Source: Longimicrobiales bacterium (GTDB lineage: Bacteria > Gemmatimonadota > Gemmatimonadetes > Longimicrobiales > Gaopeijiaceae). From it: 64,000 nucleotides of DNA. Under the pieces are notes generated by a model. It was given only the letters and a program-made list of their open reading frames with translations. It ran no database searches and had not been told where the DNA came from. The stretch covers positions 2,144,001 through 2,208,000 of the forward strand of contig CBDFIQ010000002.1 in assembly GCA_965248195.1 (NCBI GenBank), read 5' to 3'. Position 1 is the stretch's first letter. Every line of letters starts with the position of its first letter. This document shows positions 18,653-28,216 of this stretch, piece after piece. The position numbers and the translations under genes are program-made.

Positions 18653-19681
18653 CTAGAGCGGCCGCTGCACTTCACGCCCGATCGCGTCCGCAATCACCCG
18701 GATCTGATCCATGAGCTCTGTGAACTGATCGGGATAGAGCGACTGCGCACCGTCTGAGCGAGCCTCCGGGGGGTTCGCATGCACTTCGATCATCAACCCG
18801 TCGGCGCCAGCCGCTACCGCCGCGCGCGCCATTGGAATGACCTTATCCCGAATCCCCGTGCCATGACTCGGGTCCGCGATGATCGGAAGGTGCGAAAGGG
18901 ACTTCACGACCGGGATCGCCGTGAGGTCCAAAAGGTTGCGTGTGTGCGTGTCGAAACTGCGCACACCGCGCTCACACAGGATCACCTGTTCGTTTCCTTC
19001 GGCCAGGATATACTCGGCCGCGAGGAGCAATTCGTTGATCGTTGCGGACATCCCCCGCTTGAGCAGCACCGGCGTTTTGTTTTGGCCAGCCCGCCGCAGC
19101 ACAGGGTAGTTCTGCATGTTGCGGGCGCCGATCTGAATGATGTCGGCGTACTGAGCAACCAGGTCGACCCCTTCGGGGTCCAACGCCTCAGTCACGATGG
19201 CCATCCCCGTGGCCTCCCTGGCCTGGGCCAACATCTTGAGCCCCTCCTCCCCGAGCCCCTGCCACGAGTAGGGTGAGGTTCGGGGCTTGAAAGCCCCCCC
19301 CCGGAGTACGGTGGCCCCCGCCGCCTTGAGTTGGTGTGCGATGTCGAGGATGTCCGAAGCACCCTCCACGGCGCACGGACCGGCGATGATGTTTATCTCT
19401 TCGCCACCGAACCGAACGCCGTTTTCCAGCTCGACGACGGTGTCCGAATCACGCCATTCACGAGAGACCTGCTTGTACGGCTTGGTCACCGGGATGATCT
19501 CGAGGACGCCCAACAATCCCCGGATCCGGCCGTCGTCGACCCCGCCGTCGTTCCCCATGAGCCCGACGGTGGTCCGTTGCTTCCCCGGCATGGGGCGCGC
19601 TTCGTAGCCGAGTCGCTCGATCTCGTCCACGACGGCCTGCACCTCGCTCTCGGAGGCGCCGTGCTTCATCACGACCAACAT
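18653..19681 (-). CDS. aroF: DAHP synthase, class I-beta with N-terminal regulatory domain
   Basis: IAGPCAVE, RGGAFKPRTSPY, IGARNMQN, ADPSH, SDGAQSL. Confidence 0.95.
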   Translation of the reverse strand: MLVVMKHGASESEVQAVVDEIERLGYEARPMPGKQRTTVGLMGNDGGVDDGRIRGLLGVLEIIPVTKPYKQVSREWRDSDTVVELENGVRFGGEEINIIAGPCAVEGASDILDIAHQLKAAGATVLRGGAFKPRTSPYSWQGLGEEGLKMLAQAREATGMAIVTEALDPEGVDLVAQYADIIQIGARNMQNYPVLRRAGQNKTPVLLKRGMSATINELLLAAEYILAEGNEQVILCERGVRSFDTHTRNLLDLTAIPVVKSLSHLPIIADPSHGTGIRDKVIPMARAAVAAGADGLMIEVHANPPEARSDGAQSLYPDQFTELMDQIRVIADAIGREVQRPL

Positions 19682-19682
19682 A

Positions 19683-22600
19683 TCAGGCAGCCGATCCGGT
19701 CGTTTGGAGAGCCTCGCGAAGCTGTACGCCCACGACGGTACTTACGCCGGGCTCTTCCATCGTCACGCCGTAAATCCAGTCGGCGGCCTCGATCGAGCGC
19801 GGATTATGGGTGATGAGCACGAATTGTGTCTGCTCCTTGAACTCCTGGAGAAGTCGGATGAAACGACCGATGTTGTTCTCGTCCAAAGGTGCGTCCACCT
19901 CATCGAGCACGCAGAACGGACTTGGCTTTACAAGATAGATCCCGAAGAGCAGCGAAAGCGCCGTGAGCGCTCGCTCCCCACCCGAGAGCAGGTCAATGCG
20001 CTGCGTCTTCTTTCCTTTCGGCGACGCATGGATCTCGATGGGAGACTCCAGTGGATCCTCCGAATCGGAAAGCCAGATATCAGCATCTCCGCCCTCGAAC
20101 AGGCGCGTGAAGGTGGCGCGGAAATTTTCGCGGATCTTCTCGAACGTATCCTCGAAAAGGTCGATGGCAGTCTCGTTGATTTTCCGAATGGCTGCCTTCA
20201 GGTCGTTGCGGGCGGCCACGAGATCGTCTCTCTGCTCCGAGAGGAACCCGAGCCTGGCGCTCTCCTCCTCATGCTCCTCCACCGCAAGCATATTGACGAG
20301 TCCCATCCGCTCCAGCTTGACGACGATGTCCGAGAGTTCCGCCTTCAGCTCCTCCGGCGTGCCCTCCACGGGTTCTGCCTCTTCCAAGAGGCGATCGAGC
20401 GGCCGTCCCCACTCGCCCTCCAACCTCTCCCGAATCAAGCCGATGCCGCCTGACACCTCTTGATGCTCGAGTTCGAGCTGGTGCCGCTGGTCCACGGCCT
20501 CCCGCTCTGCACTCCGAAGCTCGCGGGCCGCTCGCTCAGCTTCGGCCAGAGCCTCTGCGACCCCGGTAAGCAACGCACTCTTTTCGTTCAACACCGTTCG
20601 AGCGTCGTCCCGTTCGCCGAATAGGCGCTCGGTCTCCTTCTTGCCCTCCTCTTGGCACTGGACGGCAGTCGCCACGTCACCAGTCAGAACTTCCTCTTCG
20701 GCATCTAGATCGTCCAAACGTTTCTCCTGCGCGTTACGATCACGGGTCAAATCCTCGAAGCGTTGCGCCACCTGCTTGGCCTCTTCCTCCGCACGTGCTA
20801 GCCGAATCGAAAGGCGGGCCTCCTCGGCACGCGCCTCCTCCCACTCATTTCGGACCACCGCCAAATCGCTTCGGGAAGCCTCCCGTACCGCCCGCGTATC
20901 GCTCTCCTGTGTGAGAAGTCGCTCCCGATCCTCCTTGGCCGTCGTTGCACGCTCCAGCGCGCGAGCGCGTGCGGCCCTGGTCCCCTCGAGTTGTCTCGCA
21001 AGCTCGTCCCGGTGCCCGTCCATGCGAGCACGCTGGTCTACCTGGGCCGCACCCTCGGCGCTCGCCGTCCGGAATTCATCCTGCGCATTGCCTAGCGTGG
21101 TGCGTGCCTGTTCGACCGCAACCTCTGCATGGGCGTATCGAGCTTCTTCATCCTCCAGGCTTTGCCGAGAGGCCGAGGCTTCTACCTCCGCCTTCGACAA
21201 CGTGGCGCGGAGCGTCACGAGGCGGTCCTTTCGCTCGAGCCGTCCTGAAATCACGGAGGGAGTTCCGACCCGAATCAGGCCTCGCGGGTCGAGAATCGTG
21301 CCGTCCCGAAGGAGCCGTTGCCGTGCGGTGGGGGCCTCCACTTTGGCCGATTCGACGAGATCGACCTCGCCGAGCAAGGCCTCGACCCAAGGAGCACCCT
21401 CGCCCAGGGCGTGGACCGACTCGAGGAGAGTCCCAGTCGCCTTGTCCGGAACGTTATCGAGCGGGAGCAAGACCAGCCCGCCGCCGCCCTGCCAGTCCTC
21501 GGAGAACCACCGTATGAGGCGATCGGCGGTTCGGCTGTCCCTCACGATCAAGGCCTCCGCCAGCGTCCCTAGGTAGGCCTCCACCGCGGGGCCCAACTCG
21601 GCTGGCGCCTCGATGAAACTCAACAGCGACCCGACCACATCCGGGTCCCCGAGTGCGAGCGCGGCCTTGGCCACCGGATCGATCCCCTCCTGCCCCCGCT
21701 CAATGGCTTCCAACGCTGCCAACTCCGCCTCGATGCCGTGTGCGGCACGCACCGCCCTCAGTTCTTCACGCCGCGCAGTTTCGAGGGAGAGCTTCGCTTT
21801 CCCCAGAGCAGCTCGTGCCGAATCCAACTGGGCTGTAGCCTCCTCGACGGCACCCTCGAGCCCGCCGATGCGACCGGTGAACAGATCTCCCTGAGACTCG
21901 AGATCGGAGAGGGCGTCGGATGCGTCACTCAACTCGGTATCGATCCGTTGCAAGCGGCGCTCGAGTTCCGCTGCCTGGCTTTCCGCCGCGTCCGCATCAC
22001 CCTCGAGTTGAGCCCCCTTCCGCACCACGTCGCGTTCGTGGTGTTCCGTCTCTTCCAGGCGAGCCCGGGCCTTATCGAGACGGCCGCGGACGGCCGCCAC
22101 CACCTCGGCGCGGTCTTTGACATCCTCCCTAATCCGCTCCAACTCTTCGTTCCCGTCACCATGGCGCGAAGCCAACACCTCCAACTCCTCCACCAATCCC
22201 CGCAATCGAGTCTCCGAACTCGCCCGATCCCCTCCGATCTGTTCGAGGCGGCGTTCCGCGAGCCCCTTGCGCTCGTCCGCCACCGCGAGATCACGTTCCC
22301 ACTCGACGAGACGCCCCCCGATTCCGTCCAGGGCCTCCGCGGCCTCTCTCCTGATTCGCTCCGCATCGACCTCTTCCAGACGCAACACCTCGACGGTCGC
22401 TTCAGCCGTCCGGAGTTGGGCTACCATTCCCTGGCCGGTCTTCCGGTCCCCGTCCAGGGTCTCGTCCAACTCCGACAAGCGATCACGCAGCCGGCCCAGG
22501 TCGTGGCCAACGACGGACACTTCAACGGCCAGGCGCCGATCTCTAAGGGTCTTGTAACGCTCAGCCTTTCCTTTCTGCCGGGCCAAGGATCGAACCTTGG

Positions 22601-23198
22601 TCTCGACTTCGCCGATCACGTCCTCCAATCGTGTCAGGTCCCGTTCGGCATGCTCAAGGCGCCTCATCGCCGCCTTGCGGCGGTCCTTGTACTTTCCGAT
22701 CCCCGAGGCTTCCTCGAAGAGGTGGCGGCGCTCCTCGGCCCGATCCGACAGAATCGCGTCGATCATTCGATTCTCGATGACCGAGTAGGCGTTGGCCCCG
22801 AGCCCGGTACCGCGGCACATGTCCAAGACATCGCGGAGCCGACACGTGGAGCGATTCAGCGAATAGTCGCTTCCCCCGTCCCTGTAGACGGTGCGTCCGA
22901 TCTCGACCTCTTTGAACGCCACCGGTAGCCCGCCGTCCTCATTGGAAACCACCATGGTGACCGCACCCCGGTTGACCGGTGGGCGATTCAACGATCCCTG
23001 GAAGATTGCCTCTTCCATCTTGCCACCTCGAATGGCGGAGGGACGCTGCTCCCCCAAGACCCACCGGATGGCATCGCTGATATTGGATTTTCCGCACCCG
23101 TTGGGACCAACGACTGCGGTGATCCCTTCATGGAAGTCGATGACGGTGGCGTCGGCGAAGGACTTGAACCCATGAATGGTGAGGGATCGAAGCTTCAT
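19683..23198 (-). CDS. smc: Chromosome partition protein Smc
   Basis: GFKSF, GPNGCGKSN, coiled coils and hinge, LSGGE, LDEVDAPLD. Confidence 0.97.
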   Translation of the reverse strand: MKLRSLTIHGFKSFADATVIDFHEGITAVVGPNGCGKSNISDAIRWVLGEQRPSAIRGGKMEEAIFQGSLNRPPVNRGAVTMVVSNEDGGLPVAFKEVEIGRTVYRDGGSDYSLNRSTCRLRDVLDMCRGTGLGANAYSVIENRMIDAILSDRAEERRHLFEEASGIGKYKDRRKAAMRRLEHAERDLTRLEDVIGEVETKVRSLARQKGKAERYKTLRDRRLAVEVSVVGHDLGRLRDRLSELDETLDGDRKTGQGMVAQLRTAEATVEVLRLEEVDAERIRREAAEALDGIGGRLVEWERDLAVADERKGLAERRLEQIGGDRASSETRLRGLVEELEVLASRHGDGNEELERIREDVKDRAEVVAAVRGRLDKARARLEETEHHERDVVRKGAQLEGDADAAESQAAELERRLQRIDTELSDASDALSDLESQGDLFTGRIGGLEGAVEEATAQLDSARAALGKAKLSLETARREELRAVRAAHGIEAELAALEAIERGQEGIDPVAKAALALGDPDVVGSLLSFIEAPAELGPAVEAYLGTLAEALIVRDSRTADRLIRWFSEDWQGGGGLVLLPLDNVPDKATGTLLESVHALGEGAPWVEALLGEVDLVESAKVEAPTARQRLLRDGTILDPRGLIRVGTPSVISGRLERKDRLVTLRATLSKAEVEASASRQSLEDEEARYAHAEVAVEQARTTLGNAQDEFRTASAEGAAQVDQRARMDGHRDELARQLEGTRAARARALERATTAKEDRERLLTQESDTRAVREASRSDLAVVRNEWEEARAEEARLSIRLARAEEEAKQVAQRFEDLTRDRNAQEKRLDDLDAEEEVLTGDVATAVQCQEEGKKETERLFGERDDARTVLNEKSALLTGVAEALAEAERAARELRSAEREAVDQRHQLELEHQEVSGGIGLIRERLEGEWGRPLDRLLEEAEPVEGTPEELKAELSDIVVKLERMGLVNMLAVEEHEEESARLGFLSEQRDDLVAARNDLKAAIRKINETAIDLFEDTFEKIRENFRATFTRLFEGGDADIWLSDSEDPLESPIEIHASPKGKKTQRIDLLSGGERALTALSLLFGIYLVKPSPFCVLDEVDAPLDENNIGRFIRLLQEFKEQTQFVLITHNPRSIEAADWIYGVTMEEPGVSTVVGVQLREALQTTGSAA

Positions 23199-25186
23199 TC
23201 AGGCAGTGTTCCTCGGCGGGACGTCAGAACTATTCTTCCGACGTCGGCGTCGCTGACCATCCGTCCCATCTCAGCGGCCTGGAACTCATCCGAAAAGGCT
23301 CCGCCGTATACCCGCACGCCCGTCGTGCCATCGGCATATGCAACCTGGAGCGAGTACGCTGGTATCGAAATCTCGGCCAACGCCTGTACCCTGCCTTCCG
23401 CATTCGTCGCCGAATCATACTCGCCGAAATAAAACGCGTATGGAGCATTGAGCACCCGCCAATCGTTCGGGTCCAGCCGATCCAAGACGACGGCGACCGG
23501 GTCTTTCAGGGCATTGGCCTCCACGGCACTGTACGCGGGACCCACGTAGAGTGCGAACCGTCGCGTCCCTGCCACCTCCAGCGGGGTTACGAAAAAGAGA
23601 AGATTCGGAAGCCTGCTCAGTAGGGCCTCGGCGGTACTCAGCGGAGTCTCTGCCGTGGGCCAGGTGTCGATGAACAGAACGTGGTTCATGATCGCGGATT
23701 GCGGTACTGGACCCGGCAAAGCCAGGGGGGGAGGCACGGATCCTACCCGGTCGGGGGGCGTAATTCCGGGAAAGTTTATCAGGCCGTAGTAGGCTGCAAC
23801 CGCCCCGGCACCACCCACGATCAAGATCGTCAGCAACCCGGCAAGGGATTGACGGACGAAGACCGCAAACTTCCGTCGCCGCTCCAGCCGGGCGAGACCC
23901 CGGTATCGGATCCGGCGTGCCGGAGCAGAAGCGTCAACATCGGGCTCCGTTGAGGGTTCCGCGATCACCAACTCCGAAAGCGAACCGGAAGTAGAGGCCG
24001 GGGCGGCCGCTTCGAGGTCCAGTTCCCCGAAATCAATCCCAACACTCGCGACAGCACCGGCAGGCTCGGGCTCGGAAAGCCCTTCGACGTCGTCCGGCGC
24101 ATCAACGAGCTCATTCGGTGCACCCTCTAGCTCGTCCGGCGGAGGCAGGACGCCGATTCCGGCCCTGGCCTCAAAGCCTTCCATACCAAGAGATGTGTCT
24201 GCGCCAGCGGCGACCGCCTCACCTGCAGCATCGTCCTGACCCTCGGCATCGTCCTCGACATCTGCGTCTGTCTGGCTCGCTGTCTCCAGATCCGTTCCGG
24301 AGTCCAGATCTGCGGTCTCCACCCCGACCTCCGGCGAGTCGCTCACTCCGTATTGTCCGCCCCCCAGGTCGCTTAGGCTGAAATCAACGGGCGTCTCACC
24401 CTCCTCAGATGCGCTAGAGGGCACCTCCGGCAGATCATCGACCGTGAAGGCCGGCGGCGCCTCTACCTCAGGAGAACTACCCAGGTCCTCGACCACCGCC
24501 ACAACACCCTCGTCCTCCCCAATCGAGACGACGGGAGCGTCTCCGTTCACCGGGCCCAAAACTCCGATGAGCGCGCCCGACGCACTCCCCAGGATAGTAT
24601 CGATATCCTTAGATGCCGGAGCGAGCACCAGAACTCCCTCGGCTCGCTCGGTCATAGCCTCCACACCCGGGGTGCCAGTCGACACATAAAAAACGAGCGT
24701 GGCTTTCGCCTCCCGACACCCGTTAATCATCATATCCCATCTGACGTGCCTCAGAACATCGGCGACTTCAACCACCGGCGTTCCGGCGGGGGCGAGCATC
24801 AAGCCGCCTGCGACGGGTCCCGCGAATCGCTGAGCTGACGCTCCAAAGAGCACCATGTCGGACACACCCTCACCGTTCTCCACACCCACCGCCTCGTGAA
24901 GCACCGGACGGTCGAGGCACCCATCCGCAAGAATGACGCGATGTCCGGACGCCGCCCATTTCTTTGCGACTGCCAGGCTCGCTTGGGCTCCCCAGTCGCG
25001 ATCGATTTCGGAATCGACGAGAATGACGACGCAAGCGGGCAGGGAGTCCGCGTCAACGAGGGCGGACTCGATCTCCTGCGGCAGACTCCCAGCCGTCGGA
25101 TCTAAGGGCTGCCAAGCCTGATTTCTTGGATTCATTCGTGCGTTCTCGACCTGACGATCATTCCGCCTCGTGAGTCGCCGATCCAT
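23195..25186 (-). CDS. Hypothetical bitopic protein: degenerate BY-kinase/MinD-like domain, acidic linker, TM, SPOR-like C-terminus
   Basis: GHRVILADGCLDRPVLHEAVGVENGEGVSD; long D/E-rich region; RRRK then TM; VRVYGGAFS. 4-bp overlap with smc; alternative start 25135. Confidence 0.7.
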   Translation of the reverse strand: MDRRLTRRNDRQVENARMNPRNQAWQPLDPTAGSLPQEIESALVDADSLPACVVILVDSEIDRDWGAQASLAVAKKWAASGHRVILADGCLDRPVLHEAVGVENGEGVSDMVLFGASAQRFAGPVAGGLMLAPAGTPVVEVADVLRHVRWDMMINGCREAKATLVFYVSTGTPGVEAMTERAEGVLVLAPASKDIDTILGSASGALIGVLGPVNGDAPVVSIGEDEGVVAVVEDLGSSPEVEAPPAFTVDDLPEVPSSASEEGETPVDFSLSDLGGGQYGVSDSPEVGVETADLDSGTDLETASQTDADVEDDAEGQDDAAGEAVAAGADTSLGMEGFEARAGIGVLPPPDELEGAPNELVDAPDDVEGLSEPEPAGAVASVGIDFGELDLEAAAPASTSGSLSELVIAEPSTEPDVDASAPARRIRYRGLARLERRRKFAVFVRQSLAGLLTILIVGGAGAVAAYYGLINFPGITPPDRVGSVPPPLALPGPVPQSAIMNHVLFIDTWPTAETPLSTAEALLSRLPNLLFFVTPLEVAGTRRFALYVGPAYSAVEANALKDPVAVVLDRLDPNDWRVLNAPYAFYFGEYDSATNAEGRVQALAEISIPAYSLQVAYADGTTGVRVYGGAFSDEFQAAEMGRMVSDADVGRIVLTSRRGTLPE

Positions 25187-25545
25187 GCACAGAGCGACCG
25201 CGAAGCGGCCACCCGCTCAACGGCGGCAAGGTAACGCCCCCTCACGTAGAGGTCCATCGGGTGTCTAATTGGCCACTTCGCAGTACATCGGCGGGATCCG
25301 CGGTCGGCGTACCGGCTGAGAGGAACAGTAAGGCCGGCGTGATAAAGATGATGCCGCAGCCTCCGGAACGCTCGATGAGAGGTCCGAATTTCGCGATCTC
25401 CGGAATCAGTCCGGAGTCGGTCGAACGGGTGAAAACGATAGGCGCCTTGGTCCAACAGGCCCTACGCTCCTGGCGAGGCTCGGATTTTAACCTCCGTATC
25501 TGAGTTCGACCGGCGCGGGTCTCCCGCCGCATCCCTGGTCACAGA

Positions 25546-25575
25546 AAGCTACCCCTCGATGGGGACAACTGTAAA
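25546..25575 (-). promoter_or_regulatory. Putative sigma70 promoter downstream of rsfS
   Basis: TTTACA-18 bp-TAGCTT on the minus strand. Confidence 0.45.
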
Positions 25576-25604
25576 CAGGTCATCGCCCGAACGGATTGGC
25601 CGTG

Positions 25605-25976
25605 TCAGCCGTCGAACTCGAGCCTCGGAGCATCTCCCCAGAGGACCTCCAGCTGGTAGAACTGGCGCGCCTCGTCGTGGAACACGTGGACGACGAAGTC
25701 GATGTAGTCGATCAGTACCCACCGGCCACCCTGGAGGCCCTCGATATGTTCTGGCCGGATCTCTTTCTCCTTCAATTGTTCGACGATGTTTTCGGCGATC
25801 GCCTTCACCTGGACATCGGACCGGCCGGAGGCGAGCAGAAAATAGTCCGTGGCACCCGAAATGCTGGCGAGGTCTAGCGCAACGACATCGGCCGCCTTGC
25901 GCTCAAGGGCGAGCTCTGCCGCTCGCGCGACAGCGTCGGTGATTTCGGGTCTAATTTTCTTGGATCCTACCGGCAT
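25605..25976 (-). CDS. rsfS: Ribosome silencing factor RsfS
   Basis: RKAADVVALD, TDYFLLASG, WVLIDYIDFVVHVF, FYQLEVLW. Confidence 0.96.
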   Translation of the reverse strand: MPVGSKKIRPEITDAVARAAELALERKAADVVALDLASISGATDYFLLASGRSDVQVKAIAENIVEQLKEKEIRPEHIEGLQGGRWVLIDYIDFVVHVFHDEARQFYQLEVLWGDAPRLEFDG

Positions 25977-25995
25977 ATCGGACCTTGGCGATGGG

Positions 25996-26451
25996 CTAAT
26001 CTTCGCCCGGCTCCACCTGGATCTCGACCTCTACCTCGACCTGGCTGTGGAGCCGGACAAGCACCTTCGAGACCCCTAACAGCTTCAGGGGCTCCTCGAG
26101 CTGGACGATCCGGCGATCTACTTCGAAATCCAGTTCGCCTTGGTTCAGTCGATCCGCCACATCGGCGTTGGTAACCGCCCCGAACAGCCTCCCATCTTCC
26201 CCCGCGCGGACGTGGAACACCAGGGACGTGCCTTCCAACTGCGACGCCCGGCGGCGAGCCTCAAGGTAGTCATGCTTCGCCAGTTCCTCGGCATCATCAC
26301 GCTCCCGCTCCAATCTCCGTAAATTGCCGGCGCTTGCGAGGTAGGCCAGTCCCTGGGGAAGGAGATAGTTACGCGCGTACCCCGCCTTAACATCGACGAC
26401 GTCGCCTTGATCGCCGAGCCGGTCAACCGTCCTTCTCAGAATGAGCTTCAT
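25996..26451 (-). CDS. rplI: 50S ribosomal protein bL9
   Basis: MKLILRRTVDRLGDQGDVVDVKAGYARNYLLPQG, RLFGAVT. Confidence 0.97.
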   Translation of the reverse strand: MKLILRRTVDRLGDQGDVVDVKAGYARNYLLPQGLAYLASAGNLRRLERERDDAEELAKHDYLEARRRASQLEGTSLVFHVRAGEDGRLFGAVTNADVADRLNQGELDFEVDRRIVQLEEPLKLLGVSKVLVRLHSQVEVEVEIQVEPGED

Positions 26452-26465
26452 CAATCCTTCTCCAT

Positions 26466-27410
26466 CTACGATTTGCCCGCGGCGATTCCCGTGGCCTTCG
26501 ACCGGAGGTCGAGCCAGGTATCGCCGACACCTACAACCAGGGCGCCCATGATCAGCACGGGCGCGAGGAACAACATTCCGACTGCCAAGAAAAAGAAACC
26601 GAAACCCGTCACGCCTCCGTTGAGAAAAAGCAACACTGCGGCGCCGCGCATGGCGTAGAGCCCGCCCATGAAAACGACGGCGTTGCTCCCTGCACTCGTC
26701 CATCCCTCTCCGGCACCGAAAACGATCAGTGCGATCCCCGTCAATAATAGCCACACCAGATGATCATTGAATCGGAATTCGCGAAGTGGGCCTAATTCCA
26801 GTCCGCTCCCGGCCGAGAGCCTCACGTAGGCCCACCACGCAACCGCCAAACCCGACAGAGAGGATAACCCCAGAAGAGCCGGAAAAAGCCTTCCCTGCTG
26901 TGCCGCCAACTCGAAGAGCGTATTCAGTTGGGCGGTAGAGAGGGACACCTCGGAATCGACCGCCATGGACATCTGTGCGATGAGGCTGACACTCCGCATC
27001 TTCCCCTCGGTGATGAGCCAATTCACCATGGACCATGAACCCGGTCGGACCATCAGCAAGAGGCCTACGAGTGCGGCGGTCGCAGCAACCGCAGCGAACG
27101 CTCGAGGAAAGAACCGGCTCCGGGGCCACCGCATGGATAACACGACAAACCAACCGGCGAGCACGACGGACCACCCACGCTCCAGATACCAGACGCCACC
27201 GCACGTCGGTACTCCCACAGCCACAAAGACCGCCAACATCGCCGCTACCGCCGCAGGCAACCTTCGCAAACCGAGCACCATCGTGAGGGTGACGAAGGGA
27301 ACGGCCACCAACACCCCAGCACTGGACACGGAGAAGACCAGCGTAATGACCAGAAGAGCCGCAGCCCTGGGCCAGGTTCGCTCATCAGCCACCGCACTCG
27401 CCTGGAGCAA
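26466..27410 (-). CDS. DUF2232/YybS-like multi-pass membrane protein
   Basis: Many TM helices, LREFRFNDHLVW, GVGDTWLDLR; lies between rpsR and rplI. Confidence 0.75.
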   Translation of the reverse strand: MLQASAVADERTWPRAAALLVITLVFSVSSAGVLVAVPFVTLTMVLGLRRLPAAVAAMLAVFVAVGVPTCGGVWYLERGWSVVLAGWFVVLSMRWPRSRFFPRAFAAVAATAALVGLLLMVRPGSWSMVNWLITEGKMRSVSLIAQMSMAVDSEVSLSTAQLNTLFELAAQQGRLFPALLGLSSLSGLAVAWWAYVRLSAGSGLELGPLREFRFNDHLVWLLLTGIALIVFGAGEGWTSAGSNAVVFMGGLYAMRGAAVLLFLNGGVTGFGFFFLAVGMLFLAPVLIMGALVVGVGDTWLDLRSKATGIAAGKS

Positions 27411-27420
27411 CGGAATTTGT

Positions 27421-28095
27421 TTAGACCTCGTGATCTCGGATATACGGGATCAGGGCCAGAAAACGAGCCCGCTTGATCGCCCGTCCGAGCTGACGCTGAA
27501 AACGGGCGGTGACCTTCGTGGTTCGCTTCGGCAGGATCTTGCCCTGCTCGGTCATGAACTGCGAAAGCGTCGAGACATCCTTGTAATTGAGAAGCTCGAT
27601 GACCGGTCCCTCCATGCGGCGACGGCGTCCGCGACCTCCACTGAACTCCGGGGGACTGAAGCCCCTAGCACCATCATCCTCTTCGCTCGAGGGATCCTCA
27701 CCGGACCCACGATCCTCTTCAGCTTCCTTGTCGCCGTGGTCGTCATCATCGTCCGCGTCGGCGCGGGAGGGAGGCGCTGCCCCGAGCAGGGAGTGCCCAG
27801 TCGTCGGCTCTCCCTCATTGAGCACGATCAAATATCGAAGGAGCTCCGCGTCGAGCCTGAGCACGCGCTCGAATTCCGGAAGCCCGTCCACTTCGGCCCG
27901 GACCTGGGCAACGACGTAAAACCCGCTGTTCTGCTTCCTGACCGGGTAGGCCATTTGCCGCGTACCCCAATGATCGACGGCAACGACCTCACCAATTTTC
28001 CCGACCACCAGAGGATGAAACTTCTCTAGCTTCTTGTTGACGCTGTCCTCGTCGAGGGTGGCGTCGAAGATGTAGACGATCTCGTACAAGCGCAT
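27421..28095 (-). CDS. rpsF-rpsR: Fused 30S ribosomal proteins bS6-bS18 (224 aa)
   Basis: aa 1-~93 is bS6 ([27 protein letters not shown]); acidic linker; aa ~155-224 is bS18 ([39 protein letters not shown]). No stop codon between them. Confidence 0.93.
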   Translation of the reverse strand: MRLYEIVYIFDATLDEDSVNKKLEKFHPLVVGKIGEVVAVDHWGTRQMAYPVRKQNSGFYVVAQVRAEVDGLPEFERVLRLDAELLRYLIVLNEGEPTTGHSLLGAAPPSRADADDDDDHGDKEAEEDRGSGEDPSSEEDDGARGFSPPEFSGGRGRRRRMEGPVIELLNYKDVSTLSQFMTEQGKILPKRTTKVTARFQRQLGRAIKRARFLALIPYIRDHEV

Positions 28096-28102
28096 GTCGA
28101 TT

Positions 28103-28157
28103 CTCCCACGGTCCGCTTGAAAATACGGGCTCCGCCGATCCGACGGAGCGGGATGAG
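28103..28157 (-). promoter_or_regulatory. S6:S18-type autoregulatory mRNA leader
   Basis: Minus strand: UCCC anti-SD, hairpin GCUCCGUC/GGCGGAGC, adjacent CCG, then SD GGGAG 7 nt before the ATG. Confidence 0.7.
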
Positions 28158-28216
28158 CCACCTAATATAGGCTGTGGCTCATTCTTGGGTACCCCGGTTG
28201 GCACCTGGGTGGGGCC

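Noticed and set aside
19683..23198. smc as a Wadjet/MksBEF-type defence system
   Set aside because: Canonical housekeeping Smc with no jetABD or mks neighbours; scpAB are commonly unlinked.
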